Shown: piece after piece, positions 1-13,674 of the stretch
Layout: every line of letters begins with the position of its first letter
Position numbering within the stretch: the first letter of the stretch is position 1
Origin: Macrostomum lignano
Taxonomy: Eukaryota
Direction: 5' to 3'
Length of the DNA stretch: 64,000 nucleotides
Assembly: GCA_002269645.1 (NCBI GenBank)
Contig: NIVC01001641.1
Coordinates: forward strand, 138,394 to 202,393
Notes under the pieces: generated by a model
Seen by the model: the letters and a program-made list of their open reading frames with translations, nothing else
Database searches by the model: none
Told to the model about the DNA's origin: nothing
Translations under genes and position numbers: made by a program

Positions 1-3000
1 CTTGGCAACAACTCGATCAAAAACTCGATCATGCTGGCCAAGAGCAGCAAGAAGCGGCTCCAGCAGGCAATGGCAGCTCTGTAATGCCGCCACCCCGCCG
101 TCAGCCTGGCCAGCCGATCCGTCCTGCCCGACCTTTCAAACGATTCGCTCGCACTGGGCGTGCAAAACAGCAGCAACAGCAGCAGCATCACCAGCAGCTG
201 CGTCAGAATCAGCAGGGTGCCAATAATCAACGCGTGGCTCGGATGCACAACTTTCCTAACAACCGCCCGGCTGCTCGCAACGGCGCCTTCAGACGGTTGC
301 ACGGTGGTGGCCTCGGCGACAGTCTGAAGGATATCGAGATTTCTCGATGCGGTCAGTGGCTCAGATTGGATGATCCCGATTGGGGCAGAGGGGCTCACGG
401 TTAGACAGACAAGCAGATAGAGAGCCACAGGTAGACAGGTAGATTTACAGACACGGGTAGATAGACAAGCAGATAGACAGCCACAGGTAGACAGGCAGAT
501 AGACAGGCAGATTGACAGACACAGGTAGACAGGCAGATAGACAGACACAGGTTGACAGGCAGATTTACAGACACAGGTTGACAGGCAGATAGACGGACAC
601 AGGTTGACAGGCAGATTTACAGACACAGGTTGACAGGCAGATTGACAGACACAGGTAGACAGGCAGATAGACAGACACAGGTTGACAGGCAGATTGACAG
701 ACACAGGTAGACAGGCAGATAGACAGACACAGGTAGACAGGCAGATAGACAGACACAGGTTGACAGGCAGATTGACAGACACAGGTAGACAGACAGATAG
801 ACAGACACAGGTTGACAGGCAGATTGACAGACACAGGTAGACAGGCAGATAGACAGACACAGGTTGACAGGCAGATTTACAGACACAGGTTGACAGGCAG
901 ATTTGCAGACACAGGTAGACAGGCAGATTTGCAGACACAGGTAGACAGGCAGATTGTCAGACACAGGTAGACAGGCAGATTTACAGACACAGGTAGACAG
1001 GCAGATTTACAGACACAGGTAGACAGGCAGATTGACAGACGCAGGTAGACAGGCAGATAGACAGACACAGGTAGACAGGCAGATAGACAGACACAGGTAG
1101 ACAGGCAGATAGACAGGTTGACAGGCAGATAGACAGACACAGGTTGACAGGCAGATTGACAGACACAGGTAGACAGGCAGATAGACAGACACAGGTAGAC
1201 AGGCAGATTGACAGACACAGGTAGATAGACAGATAGACAGACACAGGTAGACAGGCAGATAGACACAGGTTGACAGGCAGATTGACAGACACAGGTAGAC
1301 AGGCAGATAGACAGACACAGGTAGACAGGCAGATAGACAGACACAGGTAGACAGGCAGATAGACAGGTTGACAGGCAGATAGACAGACACAGGTTGACAG
1401 GCAGATTGACAGACACAGGTAGACAGGCAGATAGACAGACACAGGTAGACAGGCAGATAGACAGGCAGATTGACAGACACAGGTAGACAGGCAGATAGAC
1501 ACAGGTTGACAGGCAGATTGACAGACACAGGTAGACAGGCAGATAGACAGGCAGATTGACAGACACAGGTAGACAGGCAGATAGACAGACACAGGTAGAC
1601 AGGCAGATTGACAGACACAGGTAGATAGACAGATAGACAGACACAGGTAGACAGGCAGATAGACACAGGTTGACAGGCAGATTGACAGACACAGGTAGAC
1701 AGGCAGACAGACAGACAGAAGGTAGTCATAAGTTTCAATAGCACTGCAAAACAGGAAGGCAAATAGATCGGCAGATAGGCAGATTAGTAATTAAAAGTCT
1801 AAGTCTACGAATTACACCCCTGTGTGGCCACTTGCTAGTTTTTTTAATTCGGCAGTGCGATTCCCAAGGTCGCAGATTCTGTACCTGCTATTTCCCTCGT
1901 TCCTTCGTCAGTCGCCTCAACCAAATCGGACGATAGCGACGACAACCCGTACTACTGCCTGCCTTACTACGATGACCAGACCTTGCCGGCCTTCACTGGC
2001 AATGCTGTGGCTTCAAATATTACGGAGAACGGATCGCGTCAGCTGGGCGCCGCGCCTGGCGTGTACAAACCGGCCAATGTGATCGCCGATGGCGCCTTGC
2101 CCGGTGAGGCTTTGAGAAATTTAGTGCATGTGGACTAGCACAGGAACCCCATGCAATATTTAGTTATATAGAATAGCAATATTTAGTTATATAGACTCAA
2201 TGAGCCTATAGAAATCTGAACAATACCCAATGAGCATATAAGAATCAGAGCAATACACAATGAGCCTATAGAAACCTGAGCAATACCCAATGAGCCTATA
2301 GAAACCTGAGCAATACCCAATGAGCCTATAGAAACCTGAGCAATACCCAATGAGCCTATAGAAACCTAAGCAATACACAATGAGCCTATAGAAACCTGAG
2401 CAATACCCAATGAGCCTATAGAAACCTAAGCAATACACAATGAGCCTATAGAAACCTAAGCAATACCCAATGAGCCTATAGAAACCTAAGCAATACCCAA
2501 TGAGCCTATAGAAACCTAAGCAATACCCAATGAGCCTATAGAAACCTAAGCAATACCCAATGAGCCTATAGAAACCTAAGCAATACCCAATGAGCCTATA
2601 GAAACCCAAGCAGTACCCAATGAGCCTATAGAAACCTGAGCAATACACAATGAGCATATAAGAATCAGAGCAATACCCAATGAGCCTATAGAAACCTGAG
2701 CAATACACAATGAGCCTATAGAAATCTGAGCAATACCCAATGAGCCTATATGAATCTGAGCAATACCCAATGCACCTATACTCGCAGAAATCTGAGCGAT
2801 GACCCTATGAGAGTTTATAATCATAGTAAATATCCCATGACCTACATCATGCACCTTTGGCGTCTAAATGCACTTAAACGGAGCCTCCATGAACGGATAG
2901 CTTCAGTTCGTTTTAACTGTCAATATATTCTGTGTTTTTTCTACTACTATTAGTAGTTGGCACTGAAACCTGAAGCTCTGTTAACCCTCATGCATTATCT

Positions 3001-6000
3001 GGCAACTGCAGAGGGCCTGGCCCTGATGTACGCCAGCAGCGGTCACATGCAAGACTTCATGCCCATCGATGAGCTCGTCGACCCGGTCACGGGCACCAGA
3101 TCCGTCATAGTTAACGGCTTGTTCTTCTTCCCGGAAAATTTCGACAGCGACGCCATGTGCGACGTTGTGTTCACGCAGATTCGCAAACAGATTGAGTTCT
3201 ACTTCTCCGATGACAATCTCAATCACGACCTGTTCCTGCGCAGCATCATGGATAGCGAGGGCTACGTCAGCCTGCAGACGCTAGCGGGTTTCAATCGGGT
3301 CAACTATTTGAGCAGCGGCAATATTGAGGATGTGGCCGCTGCTATTGATGCTAGCCACGACCTGGAGCTGAGTCCGGATAGGACTAAGGTGAGGCTTTTG
3401 CCCAGCTTAGCGGCTGCTGGGTCAGCGGTTGGGATAAGTTGGGTCACAGTTGCTGATTGCTGGGTCAGCAGGTGAGATAAGATGGGTCACAGTCGCTGAT
3501 CAGTGAGTCAGCAGGTGAGATAAGATGGGTCACAGTCGCTGATCAGTGAGTCAGCAGGTGAGATATGGTGGGTCACAGTCGCTGATCTCTGGGTCAGCAG
3601 ATGAGATATGGTGGGTCACAGTCGCTGATCTCTGGGTCAGCAGATGAGATATGGTGGGTCACAGTCGCTGATCTCTGGGTCAGCAGATGAGATATGGTGG
3701 GTCACAGTCGCTGATCTCTGGGTCAGCAGATGAGATATGGTGGGTCACAGTCGCTGATCTCTGGGTCAGCAGATGAGATAATATTAGTTAGAGTTGCTGA
3801 TCTGTGAGTCAGCAGGTGAGATAAGATGGGTCACAGTCGCTAATCTGTGAGTCAGCAGGTGAGATAAGATGGGTCACAGTCGCTGATCGGTGGGTCGGCA
3901 GGTGAGATAAGGTGGGTCACAGTCGCTGATCTCTGGGTCAGCAGGTGAGATAAGATGGGTCACAGTCGCTGATCGGTGGGTCGGCAGGTGAGATAAGGTG
4001 GGTCACAGTCGCTGATCGGTGGGTCAGCAGGTGAGATAAGGTGGGTCACAGTCGCTGATCGGTGGGTCAGCAGGTGAGACAAGATTTGTCACAATCACTG
4101 ATCTGTGAGTCAGCAGGTGACATAAGATGGGTCACAGTTGCTGATCTGTGAGTCAGCAGGTCTGCCACAGTTTATGATCAAGTAGAGTCAGAATCAGGTC
4201 AGACTGCTACAGATGCTGGTACAAGAGATGATTCTTATTTAATCGGAGCCGTCAATCAATCGCACCGCCCGCCTGTCCCAGGTGCGCCGGCGCGACAACC
4301 CCCACCTGTGGCCAATCGATCTGGACACGTACGAGCGCGACAAAGTTGATGCCGCTGTGCAGGAGAGCCTGGAGCAGCAGCTGCTGCAGCAACAGCGGCG
4401 GGAAGAGTCTCACGACGAGAATCAGATTGATGATGCCGAGAATCGCAACTATGATGAGGCTGGAGAGATTCTGGCCCCATCTGCGGCCGAGGTCAACAAC
4501 AATGACGCGGGCGTTGGAACCGAGCTGCCAGCTCTGAACATCGATGCTCCGGAGTTCGTTCCCGTGTGGGGCGGCGCTGCTCAAGGTTTGTTGGTGTCAA
4601 AAAAATTTTATTTTCAACCTGTAACTGTCAGTTAAGCAAAGTTGGCAGTGGTTAGTACATTTCGAATGCAGTCTAGTTGAAGCAATTCATAAACCCTGAC
4701 AGGTTTTTTATTTCGCTGGTCAATTTTAGTTGCTAACCGGCCGGAGCCGCAGCAGGAGTTGCCTGCGAACGATGCAGCGCAGCATTTCTCGGCCAGTCTG
4801 CCTCAGGATATTGGCCGATGTGAGTGAAGATCTCTATCTACTGCTTAGTTAGTTAGCTAGTCAATTAGTTAGCTAGCTAGTTAGATAGTTAGCTAGTTAG
4901 TTAGTTAGTTATAGCTAGTTAGTTAGTTAGTTAGCTAGTTATTTAGTTAGTTAGTTAGCTAGTTAGTTAGTTAGCTAGTTAGTTAGCTAGTTATTTAGTC
5001 AGTTAGTTAGCTAGCTAGTTAGTTAGTTAGCTAGTTAGTTAGCTAGTTAGTTAGTTAGTTAGCTAGTTAGTTAGCTAGTTATTTAGTTAGTTAGCTAGCT
5101 AGTTAGTTAGTTAGCTAGTTAGTTAGCTAGTTAGTTAGCTAGTTAGTTAGTTAGTTAGCTAGTTAGTTAGTTAGCTAGTTATTTAGTTAGTTAGCTAGTT
5201 AGTTAGCTAGTTAGTTAGCTAGTTAGTTAGATAGTTAGTTAGATAGTTAGTTAGTTAGCTAGTTAGTTAGCTAGTTAGTTAGTTAGTTAGTTAGTTAGCT
5301 AGTTAGTTAGATAGTTAATTAGCTAGTTAGTTAGTTAGTTAGCTAGTTAGTTAGTTAGCTAGTTAGTTAGTTAGTTAGTTAGTTAGCTAGTTAGTTAGCT
5401 AGTTAGTTAGTTAGTTAGCTAGTTAGTTAGTTAGCTAGTTAGTTAGCTAGTTAGTTAGTTAGTTAGCTAGTTAGTTAGTTAGCTAGTTAGTTAGTTAGCT
5501 AGTTAGTTAGCTAGTTAGTTAGTTAGCTAGTTAGTTAGCTAGTTAGTTAGTTATTTAGTTAGCTAGTTAGTTAGTTAGCTAGCTAGTTAGTTAGCTAGTT
5601 AGTTAGTTATTTAGTTAGCTAGTTAGTTAGTTAGCTAGCTAGTTCGCTCGACGAGCCTTGGTTCAATTCCTTCGGGGAAATTGTCCAAGGAGGGCTTGTG
5701 CGATTCACACCCGTGATGGGCCAACCCCAAAGGCCTGACGATTAGAAAGTCAGGGCCGCTGTACATGTACACCCTGTGTGAGCGTGTGTAGAAGTGCCTG
5801 TCTGCGTACAGTACTGGTGCGCTTGTACATGTATGTGCTCAGTAGTTAGCGCTAGTTGTCGGACGATGTCGCTGAGGCTGCCCCTCCTGCAATTAATATT
5901 CTCACTGTTAGCTAGTCAGTCTGTACAGAGCGGCTCTCTTACCTTTTCATAATCAGACAGTGTACACACACTGGCCGCGTGTGCAGAATCGAACCCACGA

Positions 6001-6885
6001 CCTGTTACCACTGAAAGCTGCTCAGATTTTACTACTTATTTAGTAGCTTAGCAGATTCATTTACTTGAAATTACTCAACATAGAGTAGAGAGATACAAGA
6101 AATTCCAATAAAAAATCATGGCGACGTTCCGTTCCCATAGCAACCGCATCGGACTCGAGGACAGCGCAGACGGGCTCAGACGCCGACAGTCAGGAGTGGA
6201 CGCAGGTGGTGCAGCGTCGGCGTTCTAGAAGGCGCTCTGGCGGCGGCGGAGTTTCCGGTTCCAGCGCTTCCGCCCCGCAGCAGGCGCAGCAGCAGCAGGA
6301 TGAGCTCGACTTCATGTTCGACTGCGAGACCGAGCCGTCGGCCTCGTTGCAGCCGCCGCCTGGCTCGGCGTCCGGCCGCGGTGGTGGCAGCGCCGGCGGT
6401 GGCGGCAGCAGCCGGTCCCGGGCGATCTCAACCACCGAGGACGAAGTGTCCGAGTCCGATCTCAACCGGCTCATCATTGTGGCGCCCTACGGCGGCGGTG
6501 GCGCTTCGGGATCGGGCGGTTCAGCGGCTGGCACTTTGCAGCAGCGGCACGGAGGCGGCGGCAGCGGCGCCACGGCGAAGCACCCGGGCGGAGACCGGCG
6601 CTCGGCGGCTGACCACGTGCCGAGGTGCAACCGGATGACTCACGAGCTCGCCAGGCAGATTGACGACGGCTTGGTGAACTACGAGGCCGAGATCTGGCGC
6701 GTTGCTGGCGCCAGCGGCGGGTCGGCTGCCGCGGCAGCGGAAATCTCGCCATCGTCGTCGGTGACATCGTCAGCCGCTTCAATCGGCGGCGGGCATCGCA
6801 AAGTGCAGCTGGTATCGGAGGAGAGGCTTCGGGCGGCTCAGAGGAGCCTGTCGGGCTCGCGGGAGCATCTGCAGCCTCCGCAGCA

Positions 6886-6927
<42 letters not shown>

Positions 6928-9900
6928 CCCGTCCTCCGCCTACTCAGCGATGGGCCAGGCTGGCCGCCCCTCCGGCCGGTTCTTTCCCGTGTACGCCGAG
7001 AAGCAGGTCAGCCAGCCGCCAAGGGAGGGCGCACCCAGGAAGCAGAAGACTCGGCACAGCGCTAACCCGCCCCAGGAGCAGAGCATTGGCTACGTGTTCG
7101 ACGTCAGGGAGCACCGGGTTCGGTCCAGGACCTCCTCTACTAGCAGCAACTACAGGTGCAGAAGGCGGTAGAGGAATGCAGCATAATTATCCCTGAGCTT
7201 CACAAACTGATTGGAGCTTCACAACCCTGAGCTTCACAAACCCTGAGATTCAAAGACCCTGAGCTTCACAAACCCTAAGCTTGACAAACCCTGAGATTCA
7301 CAAACCCTGAGCTTCACAAACCCTGAGATTCACAAACCCTGAGCTTCACAAACTGATTGAGATTCACAAACCCTGATCTCCACAAACCCTGAGATTCACA
7401 AACCCTGAGATTCACAAACCCTGAGATTCACAAACCCTGATCTTCACAAACTCATTGAGATTCACAAACCCTGATCTTCACAAACCCTGAGATTCACAAA
7501 CCCTGAGATTCACAAACCCTGAGCTTCACAAACTGATTGAGATTCACAAACCCTGATCTTCACAAACCCTGAGCTTCACAAACTGATTGAGATTCACAAA
7601 CCCTGAGATTCACAAACCCTGGGATTTACAAACCCTGAGATTCACAAACCCTGAGCTTCACAAACTGATTGAGATTCACAAACCCTGATCTTTACAAACC
7701 CTGAGATTTACAAACCCTGAGATTCACAAATCCTGAGCTTCACAAACTGATTGAGATTCACAAATCCTGAGCTTCACAAACTGATTGAGATTCACAAACC
7801 CTGAGATTCACAAACCCTGGGATTTACAAACCCTGAGATTCACAAACCCTGATCTTCACAAACTCTGGGATTTACAAACCCTGAGCTTCACAAACCCTGA
7901 TCTTTACAAACCCTGAGATTCACAAACCCTGAGATTCACAAACCCTGATCTTCACAAACCATGTGATCAGCGGGATATACGATTCAATTATTATTATAAA
8001 GAAATACTGTTTTACATCACGTCAAATTCACCGCTCGTTAACAACTGCCCATTCAACTGTTGGAATCTCTATCCCTCTGCCTTCATCCAGCGAGTTCAGC
8101 TCTGTGGCCTCCAGCCTGCCCAACAATCTGCCCAGCTGCGTGCCCCAGTGCCCGCCTGCCACCGGCGTGCACCCTTCGCAGGTGCTGCTTCAGGAGCAGG
8201 GCTTCAACTTTGTCGATTATAACCATTATCATAGGCGCTGTCTGCAAGGTGAGCATTGACCATTGGATAGTCTCAACTTTATCGTCAGATATTCCCACCA
8301 TTTAGTTTAGATTATCTCACCCTCTATTCAAATTTCGCCTACATTCACATCTCACCCTCCATTCACATCTCCCCCTACATTCACATCTTACCCTCCATTG
8401 ACATCTCACACTCCATTCATATCTCACCCTCTATTTCACATCTCATCCTCCATTCACATTCTAATCCTCTATTCACATCTCACCCTACATTCACACCTCA
8501 CCCTACATTCACATCTCACCCTACATTCACATCTCACCCTACATTCACATCTCACCCTCCTTTCAAATCTCACCCTGTATTCACATCTCACAGTCCATTC
8601 ACATCTCACCCTCTATTCACATCTCATCCTCAATTCACATCTAATCCTGCATTCACATCCCACTCTCCATTCTCATCACGCCGCCCTTCACCGCCGCCAG
8701 ACCGCGAGAAGGAAGGCCCGGGCCACTCGCAGGAGATGAACACCCTGTACCGGTTCTGGTCATTCTTCCTGCGCGACAACTTCAACTGGAAGATGTACCA
8801 CGAGTTCCGCCGGGTGGCTCTGGAGGACAGCGCCGCCGGGCACCGCTACGGCCTAGAGTGCCTGTTCCGCTTCTATTCCTACGGCCTGGAGAAGCGCTTC
8901 CGCAAGGACATCTTCCGCGACTTCAACGAGGAGACGCTGAAAGACTTCAAATCTGGCCAGCTGTACGGTCTGGAGAAGTTCTGGGCGCTGTTTAGATACT
9001 CAACTATCGATCCCGATGCTCTGGAGATGAGCCCCGTGCTCAGGGAGGCCCTGACTCGCTACACTTCTATTGAGCACTTTAGAAGCGATAAGGTACGTCA
9101 CGGAGTCTTTGTTCATCTGTTTTTGCTAATTCTTGTGCTTTTAGAGTCCTTGCCTAATATGATTGATGCCTAGCATCATGCAGCTTTAGGTCTTTGTCCA
9201 ATCTGATTGAATGCTGGCATCAGATTCTGTAGCTTTGAGGTCTTTGTCCAACCTGATTGATTGGCACCATCAGATTCTGTAGCTTTGAGGTCTTTGTCCA
9301 ACCTGGTTGAATGCTGGCATCAGATTCTGTAGCTTTGAGGTCTTTGTCCAATCTGATTGAATGCTGGCATCAGATTCTGTAGCTTTGAGGTCTTTGTCCA
9401 ATCTGATTGATTGCTGGCATCAGATTCTATAGTCTTTGTACCGGTACTATAGGTACCTATAAACTGTATTGAACGCGTAGGTTTTTTGTGCGGGTGAGAA
9501 TAACAATTGTGGAGTCTCGACTGACTCCGCTGCTTTACATTTGTTAGTAAGTGAAGCGTGCACGTTGGGTGTATACACCTGGCCGATTGGCTAAATGTTA
9601 CGCAATGCCTGAGTTGAATACAATATTGTTGAAACATAAATACAACTGAAGTACTCAATACTAGTACTCACGCCACAAAATCCCCACTCCCCAATCCCCA
9701 CCCCAAAACCCGCAGTTCATCCCGCCCCAGGGCTTCTTCGTCCGCAAGCGCAACCGGAACTCGCGCTGCTACAGCGAGTCCGAGGGCGCAGCCGCCGCTG
9801 TTGCCGCAGCGGCAGCAGCCGCCGTCAACAACGGGCCAAGCAGCGGGGGCGCGAAACAAAGACTCAGCGTTGGCCAATCAGCGCCGGCCACGCGCTCGGC

Positions 9901-9961
9901 ATCCGCGGCAGCGTCTGGCGCGGCCACGCCCGTGCTGGGCAGCAGCGCGCCCTCCGATTGA
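1..9961 (+). CDS. LARP1: La-related protein 1, 5'-partial, 9 exons seen: <1-351, 1876-2103, 3012-3388, 4282-4585, 4730-4819, 6141-7155, 8091-8248, 8701-9092, 9716-9961
   Basis: La motif [35 protein letters not shown]|[11 protein letters not shown]; PAM2 [10 protein letters not shown]; conserved blocks [36 protein letters not shown]; DM15 region [53 protein letters not shown]. All junctions are GT-AG with matching phases (1053 codons from position 3 to TGA 9959-9961). Confidence 0.95.
402..1718. repeat. Minisatellite, about 26-bp unit ACAGGTAGACAGGCAGATAGACAGAC (LARP1 intron)
   Basis: Direct tandem repeats visible. Confidence 0.95.
2196..2780. repeat. Minisatellite, 30-bp unit CAATACCCAATGAGCCTATAGAAACCTGAG
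   Basis: Direct tandem repeats visible. Confidence 0.95.
3420..4165. repeat. Minisatellite, about 43-bp unit CAGCAGGTGAGATAAGATGGGTCACAGTCGCTGATCTCTGGGT
   Basis: Direct tandem repeats visible. Confidence 0.95.
4845..5642. repeat. (TTAG/CTAG)n microsatellite, about 800 bp
   Basis: 4-bp periodicity. Confidence 0.97.
5643..6020 (-). mobile_element. tRNA-derived SINE-like element, head truncated, running into an (AACT/AGCT)n tail
   Basis: The minus strand reads CTTTCAGTGGTAACAGGTCGTGGGTTCGATTCTG (tRNA variable/T-arm with B box at 5995-5986), then about 330 nt of body, then the 4-bp microsatellite. Confidence 0.55.
7190..7960. repeat. Minisatellite, 16-bp unit AAACCCTGAGATTCAC
   Basis: Direct tandem repeats visible. 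Confidence 0.95.
8305..8675. repeat. Minisatellite, 18-bp unit ATTCACATCTCACCCTAC
   Basis: Direct tandem repeats, degenerate at the edges. Confidence 0.9.
9172..9435. repeat. Minisatellite, 50-bp unit CATCAGATTCTGTAGCTTTGAGGTCTTTGTCCAATCTGATTGAATGCTGG
   Basis: About 5 copies. Confidence 0.9.
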
Positions 9962-11294
9962 GTCTTTGTTGCTGTTTGTTTATCTTGATTGGATTTTTGA
10001 CGGTTTGAGTTCCGGTACATGGACTGCTAATGCGGGATTAGCTGGACTGGAAACTGACGCAAGTGAAGTGGCCGCATAATTATTTACCAACTGCCATTCG
10101 CTTTGAGAGTTTATTTTTTCTGAAAATGATTTCCTTCCAGTCCAGCTGCTGTTTGTTGTCCATGGTTTGTTCAAACGTATAAGCAGCGTATTTTTTAATA
10201 TTTTTTCTTTGAGCGAATCGTGTGAAACCGAAGACAAAAAAGCGGCATGATTTTTTTCTGTAATTTTTTGTCTAATTAACTTTTTTAAATAGTTGGTCCG
10301 CGCTATCCTACTGTAAGTAGCTGCACAGTTGAACATATTTAATTCTAACTTCTATGCGTGTTTCTTTGTCTTGGACTCTTGGAATAATAAAATTTCTCCC
10401 TGCCCTCTGGTTTCGGTTGTTTGCCGTGCTGTGGAGACCTGCGGCCCTTGTTCACCTGTAATTGTTTGTTTTTTTACAATTTTACTTATTTAAAATGCTT
10501 TGTCAATAATAAACAGCTCGCCTAACTTTTGTTAATTATAATATAAAATTTCTTCAAATTCTTGGCGCCTTAATTAATACAAAAACAACTGCCACAGTCC
10601 CTGAGATCCCTGGACCGCATGCTTGGTACCGTCTTCCCAAATTTTTTAATTAACCCCGAGCTGACACAAATAGGACTTAACTTGCAATAGCGGTAATTCT
10701 GTTTCTACTGCAACTTCTCTGCTTGAAGTCTGCTTTTTAGAAGAATTAAAATTTAAATTGCTGTGCATCATTTCAATAATATTAATAATATGTTGCATAG
10801 ATGATTTGTCCTTGTTTATCAATTACCGCATCGCTTATCATTGTCCCATGCTTATATTGCCTATTGATTTGTGTTAGGGATATCGTGTCAACTTCTATAC
10901 TTAATTGAGTGTTTTAGAGTAAGTATGTGTAAAGTTATGTAATTTCTTGCTTCAGGTTTTAGTCGCTATCATTACTCATAAGTCTTTTTACTTTTTCGAG
11001 AGAAAAAAATTAACCCCACTCTAACTGACTACTGTTTCCCGCTCCAGTCAGTAGTATAATTGTATCGGTTTTTTCTTGCTGCGAATTTAGGCCGCACTGT
11101 TTTTTGCATGCCAACTAGTGCTGCTAAGTCTATTGCTTTAATTAATCTGTTGCTTTGCCGCTGTTCAGGTAAATAAAATTGCTAGCTAAAAGTTTTGGGA
11201 GTATTTTGTCACTTCTCCCCCTCCCTTCTTTGGTGGCTGATCCGCTGAAATCCTCGAGCAACACTTTGTTTGCTAATTTGAGTTTAAGAGGATC

Positions 11295-11955
11295 CTGGCT
11301 GTTTCATAAGCTATGTCAGGCTGTGTCATAAGCTGTCAGGATGTGTCATAAGCTATGTCAGGCTGTGTCATAAGCTGTCAGGATGTGTCATAAGCTGTCA
11401 GGATGTGTCATAAGCTATGTCAGGCTGTGTCATAAGCTGTCAGGATGTGTCATAAGCTATGTCAGGCTGTGTCATAAGCTGTCAGGATGTGTCATAAGCT
11501 GTTAGGATGTGTCATAAGCTGTCAGGATGTGTCATAATCTATGTCAGGCTGTGTCATAAGCTATGTCAGGCTGTGTCATAAGCTATGTCAGGCTGTTTCA
11601 TAAGCTATGTCAGGCTGTGTCATAAGCTATGTCAGGCTGTGTCATAAGCTATGTCAGGCTGTGTCATAAGCTGTCAGGATGTGTCATAAGCTATGTCAGG
11701 CTGTTTCATAAGCTGTTCCAGGCTGTGTCATAAGCTATGTCAGGCTGTGTCATAAGCTATGTCAGGCTGTGTCATAAGCTATGTCAGGCTGTATTGTAAG
11801 CTGTGTCAGGTAGTGTTACCAGCTTTCAGGCTGTGTCATAAGCTGTCAGGCAGTGTTATTAACTGTGTCAGGCTGTGTCATAAGCTGTCGTTTGACATGA
11901 GATCAAGCTTTGTATAAGCTTTCCAGAGCTGTGTCAAGCTATCATAAGCTGTCAT
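11295..11955. repeat. Minisatellite, 20/22-bp unit GTCATAAGCTATGTCAGGCTGT (LARP1-RBM24 intergenic)
   Basis: Direct tandem repeats visible. Confidence 0.95.
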
Positions 11956-12579
11956 AGTTTACATGTATTACAATCATCATTTGTCATGAGAGCCTGTGTC
12001 CGGTGCCCGGTGGTGCCTTAGGCGAATGTCGAAAGCACAATCGGCGTCGTTAAGCTTGCGTTCAATGGATCTGTCCATTTAATATTTAATCGCAACATAT
12101 CGGTAGCCAGTATCGGTTATTTGATAAGTCACTCCCTCCAGTTGCTGCAGATGCACTTCTCTGGCTCAGTTTCATAGGGGGCAGACTGACAAGAGAGCTT
12201 TGTGGGGAGAAGCCCAGTCTAGGGGGAAAACGATCCCAAGCTACCTCAGTTCTTCCCTTGTTCTTTTCGACAATAAAATTGCAGTCTTTGAGGACAGTGA
12301 GACAGCAGACTGGCTCGCTATTCAGTTTGGGTTTGTATTGTCTCAGTCACGAACCGCTGGGATCTTTGCTCGTCCACCTGTCAGTCTCGCTGGTAGTCCT
12401 TCCGATTGTTCGCGAGTTTCACGAATTGAGAGTTTTTATTGGAGTTGGCTTGTGTGAGTGCGATGGAAGCAGTTGGCCATTTTTGTTGCCATTTAATAGT
12501 TACATGAAATTATGGTGCCATCTGACATCTAGTTAGTAATGCTTATTAGGGTGCCCACTGACAACCCTCTAGCATCTAT

Positions 12580-13050
12580 TTATGGCATGTGGCATTATCT
12601 GACCCCAATTATGGCATCATCTGACACCTATTTGTGGCATCATCTGCGACACCTGTTTATGGCATTATCTGACACCTATTCATGGCATCATCTGACACCT
12701 ATTCATGGCATCATCTGACACCTATTCATGGCATCATCTGACACCTATTCATGGCATCATCTGACATCTATTCATGGCATCATCTGACACCTATTCATGG
12801 CATCATCTGACACCTATTCATGGCATCATCTGACACCTATTCATGGCATCATCTGACACCTATTCATGGCATCATCTGACACCTATTCATGGCATCATCT
12901 GACATCTATTTGTGGCATTATCTGACACCTATTCATGACATCATCTGACACCTATTTGTGGCATCATCTGACACCTATTCATGGCATCATCTGACACCTA
13001 TTCATGGCATCATCTGACATCTATTCATGGCATCATCTGACACCTATTTG
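12580..13050. repeat. Minisatellite, 23-bp unit ATGGCATCATCTGACACCTATTC
   Basis: Direct tandem repeats visible. Confidence 0.95.
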
Positions 13051-13674
13051 TTAGCATAGTCGACCTCTGACCCCTACTACACATATCGGCATATTTTTGA
13101 AAGATCGGGAAAAACAGTCCCCTAAAACTTCAAACGCAGACTTAAGTATTTCCGCCACAATTACCGCGCAAAGCCAAATGCTCATTGTGCCTATAAACAG
13201 CTTTGTTGATGAGCATACATACCGCGCGCTACAACTTTTGGCCAGTCTCTCTGACACGTATCTTAGACTAGACTGTAATTCTAATGACCTGAACAAATTT
13301 ATTGGCCCAATCTTGTTTCAGCCAATGGGCAGAGGGCGTCAGATGCATAGGCAGTTGTATGCCTGTTCTGTCTGCCAGCAATTGTGTGTGCTGGTGGCTC
13401 CTGCGCCCCCCCCCCTTCCCCACCCCTCCAAGGGGGCAGAGGGCCGCCCGATGACGGAGGGGTGTTGTTTCGGCGGAGGCTGGGGTGGCCGCTGGCGGGG
13501 CTGGAAATTGTTTTGCAACTGTGTAGCCGCCGCATCCGAGGGCGAGCCGGCCGGGTGTGGAATAAAAGGTGCCCTAACCCTGCTTTTTCCGCTGTGCAGC
13601 AGCAGCAGCTCTCTTTAGCTGACAGCCCCAACCGCAAGTTCGCCCAGGAAAAAGCAGTAGCAGGTTCAGCGACA

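Noticed and set aside
5725-5760. Hammerhead ribozyme (CTGACGA..GAAA)
   Set aside because: The CTGAC is sequestered in a hairpin with GTCAG, and no stem II, stem III or cleavage triplet could be drawn.
11985-12560. HDV-like ribozyme (GGCGAAT) or solo LTR between two arrays
   Set aside because: No upstream P1/P2 partner strands or UCC L3 loop; the TGTCA/TGACA ends belong to the flanking satellites and no TSD was found. It remains unexplained unique sequence.
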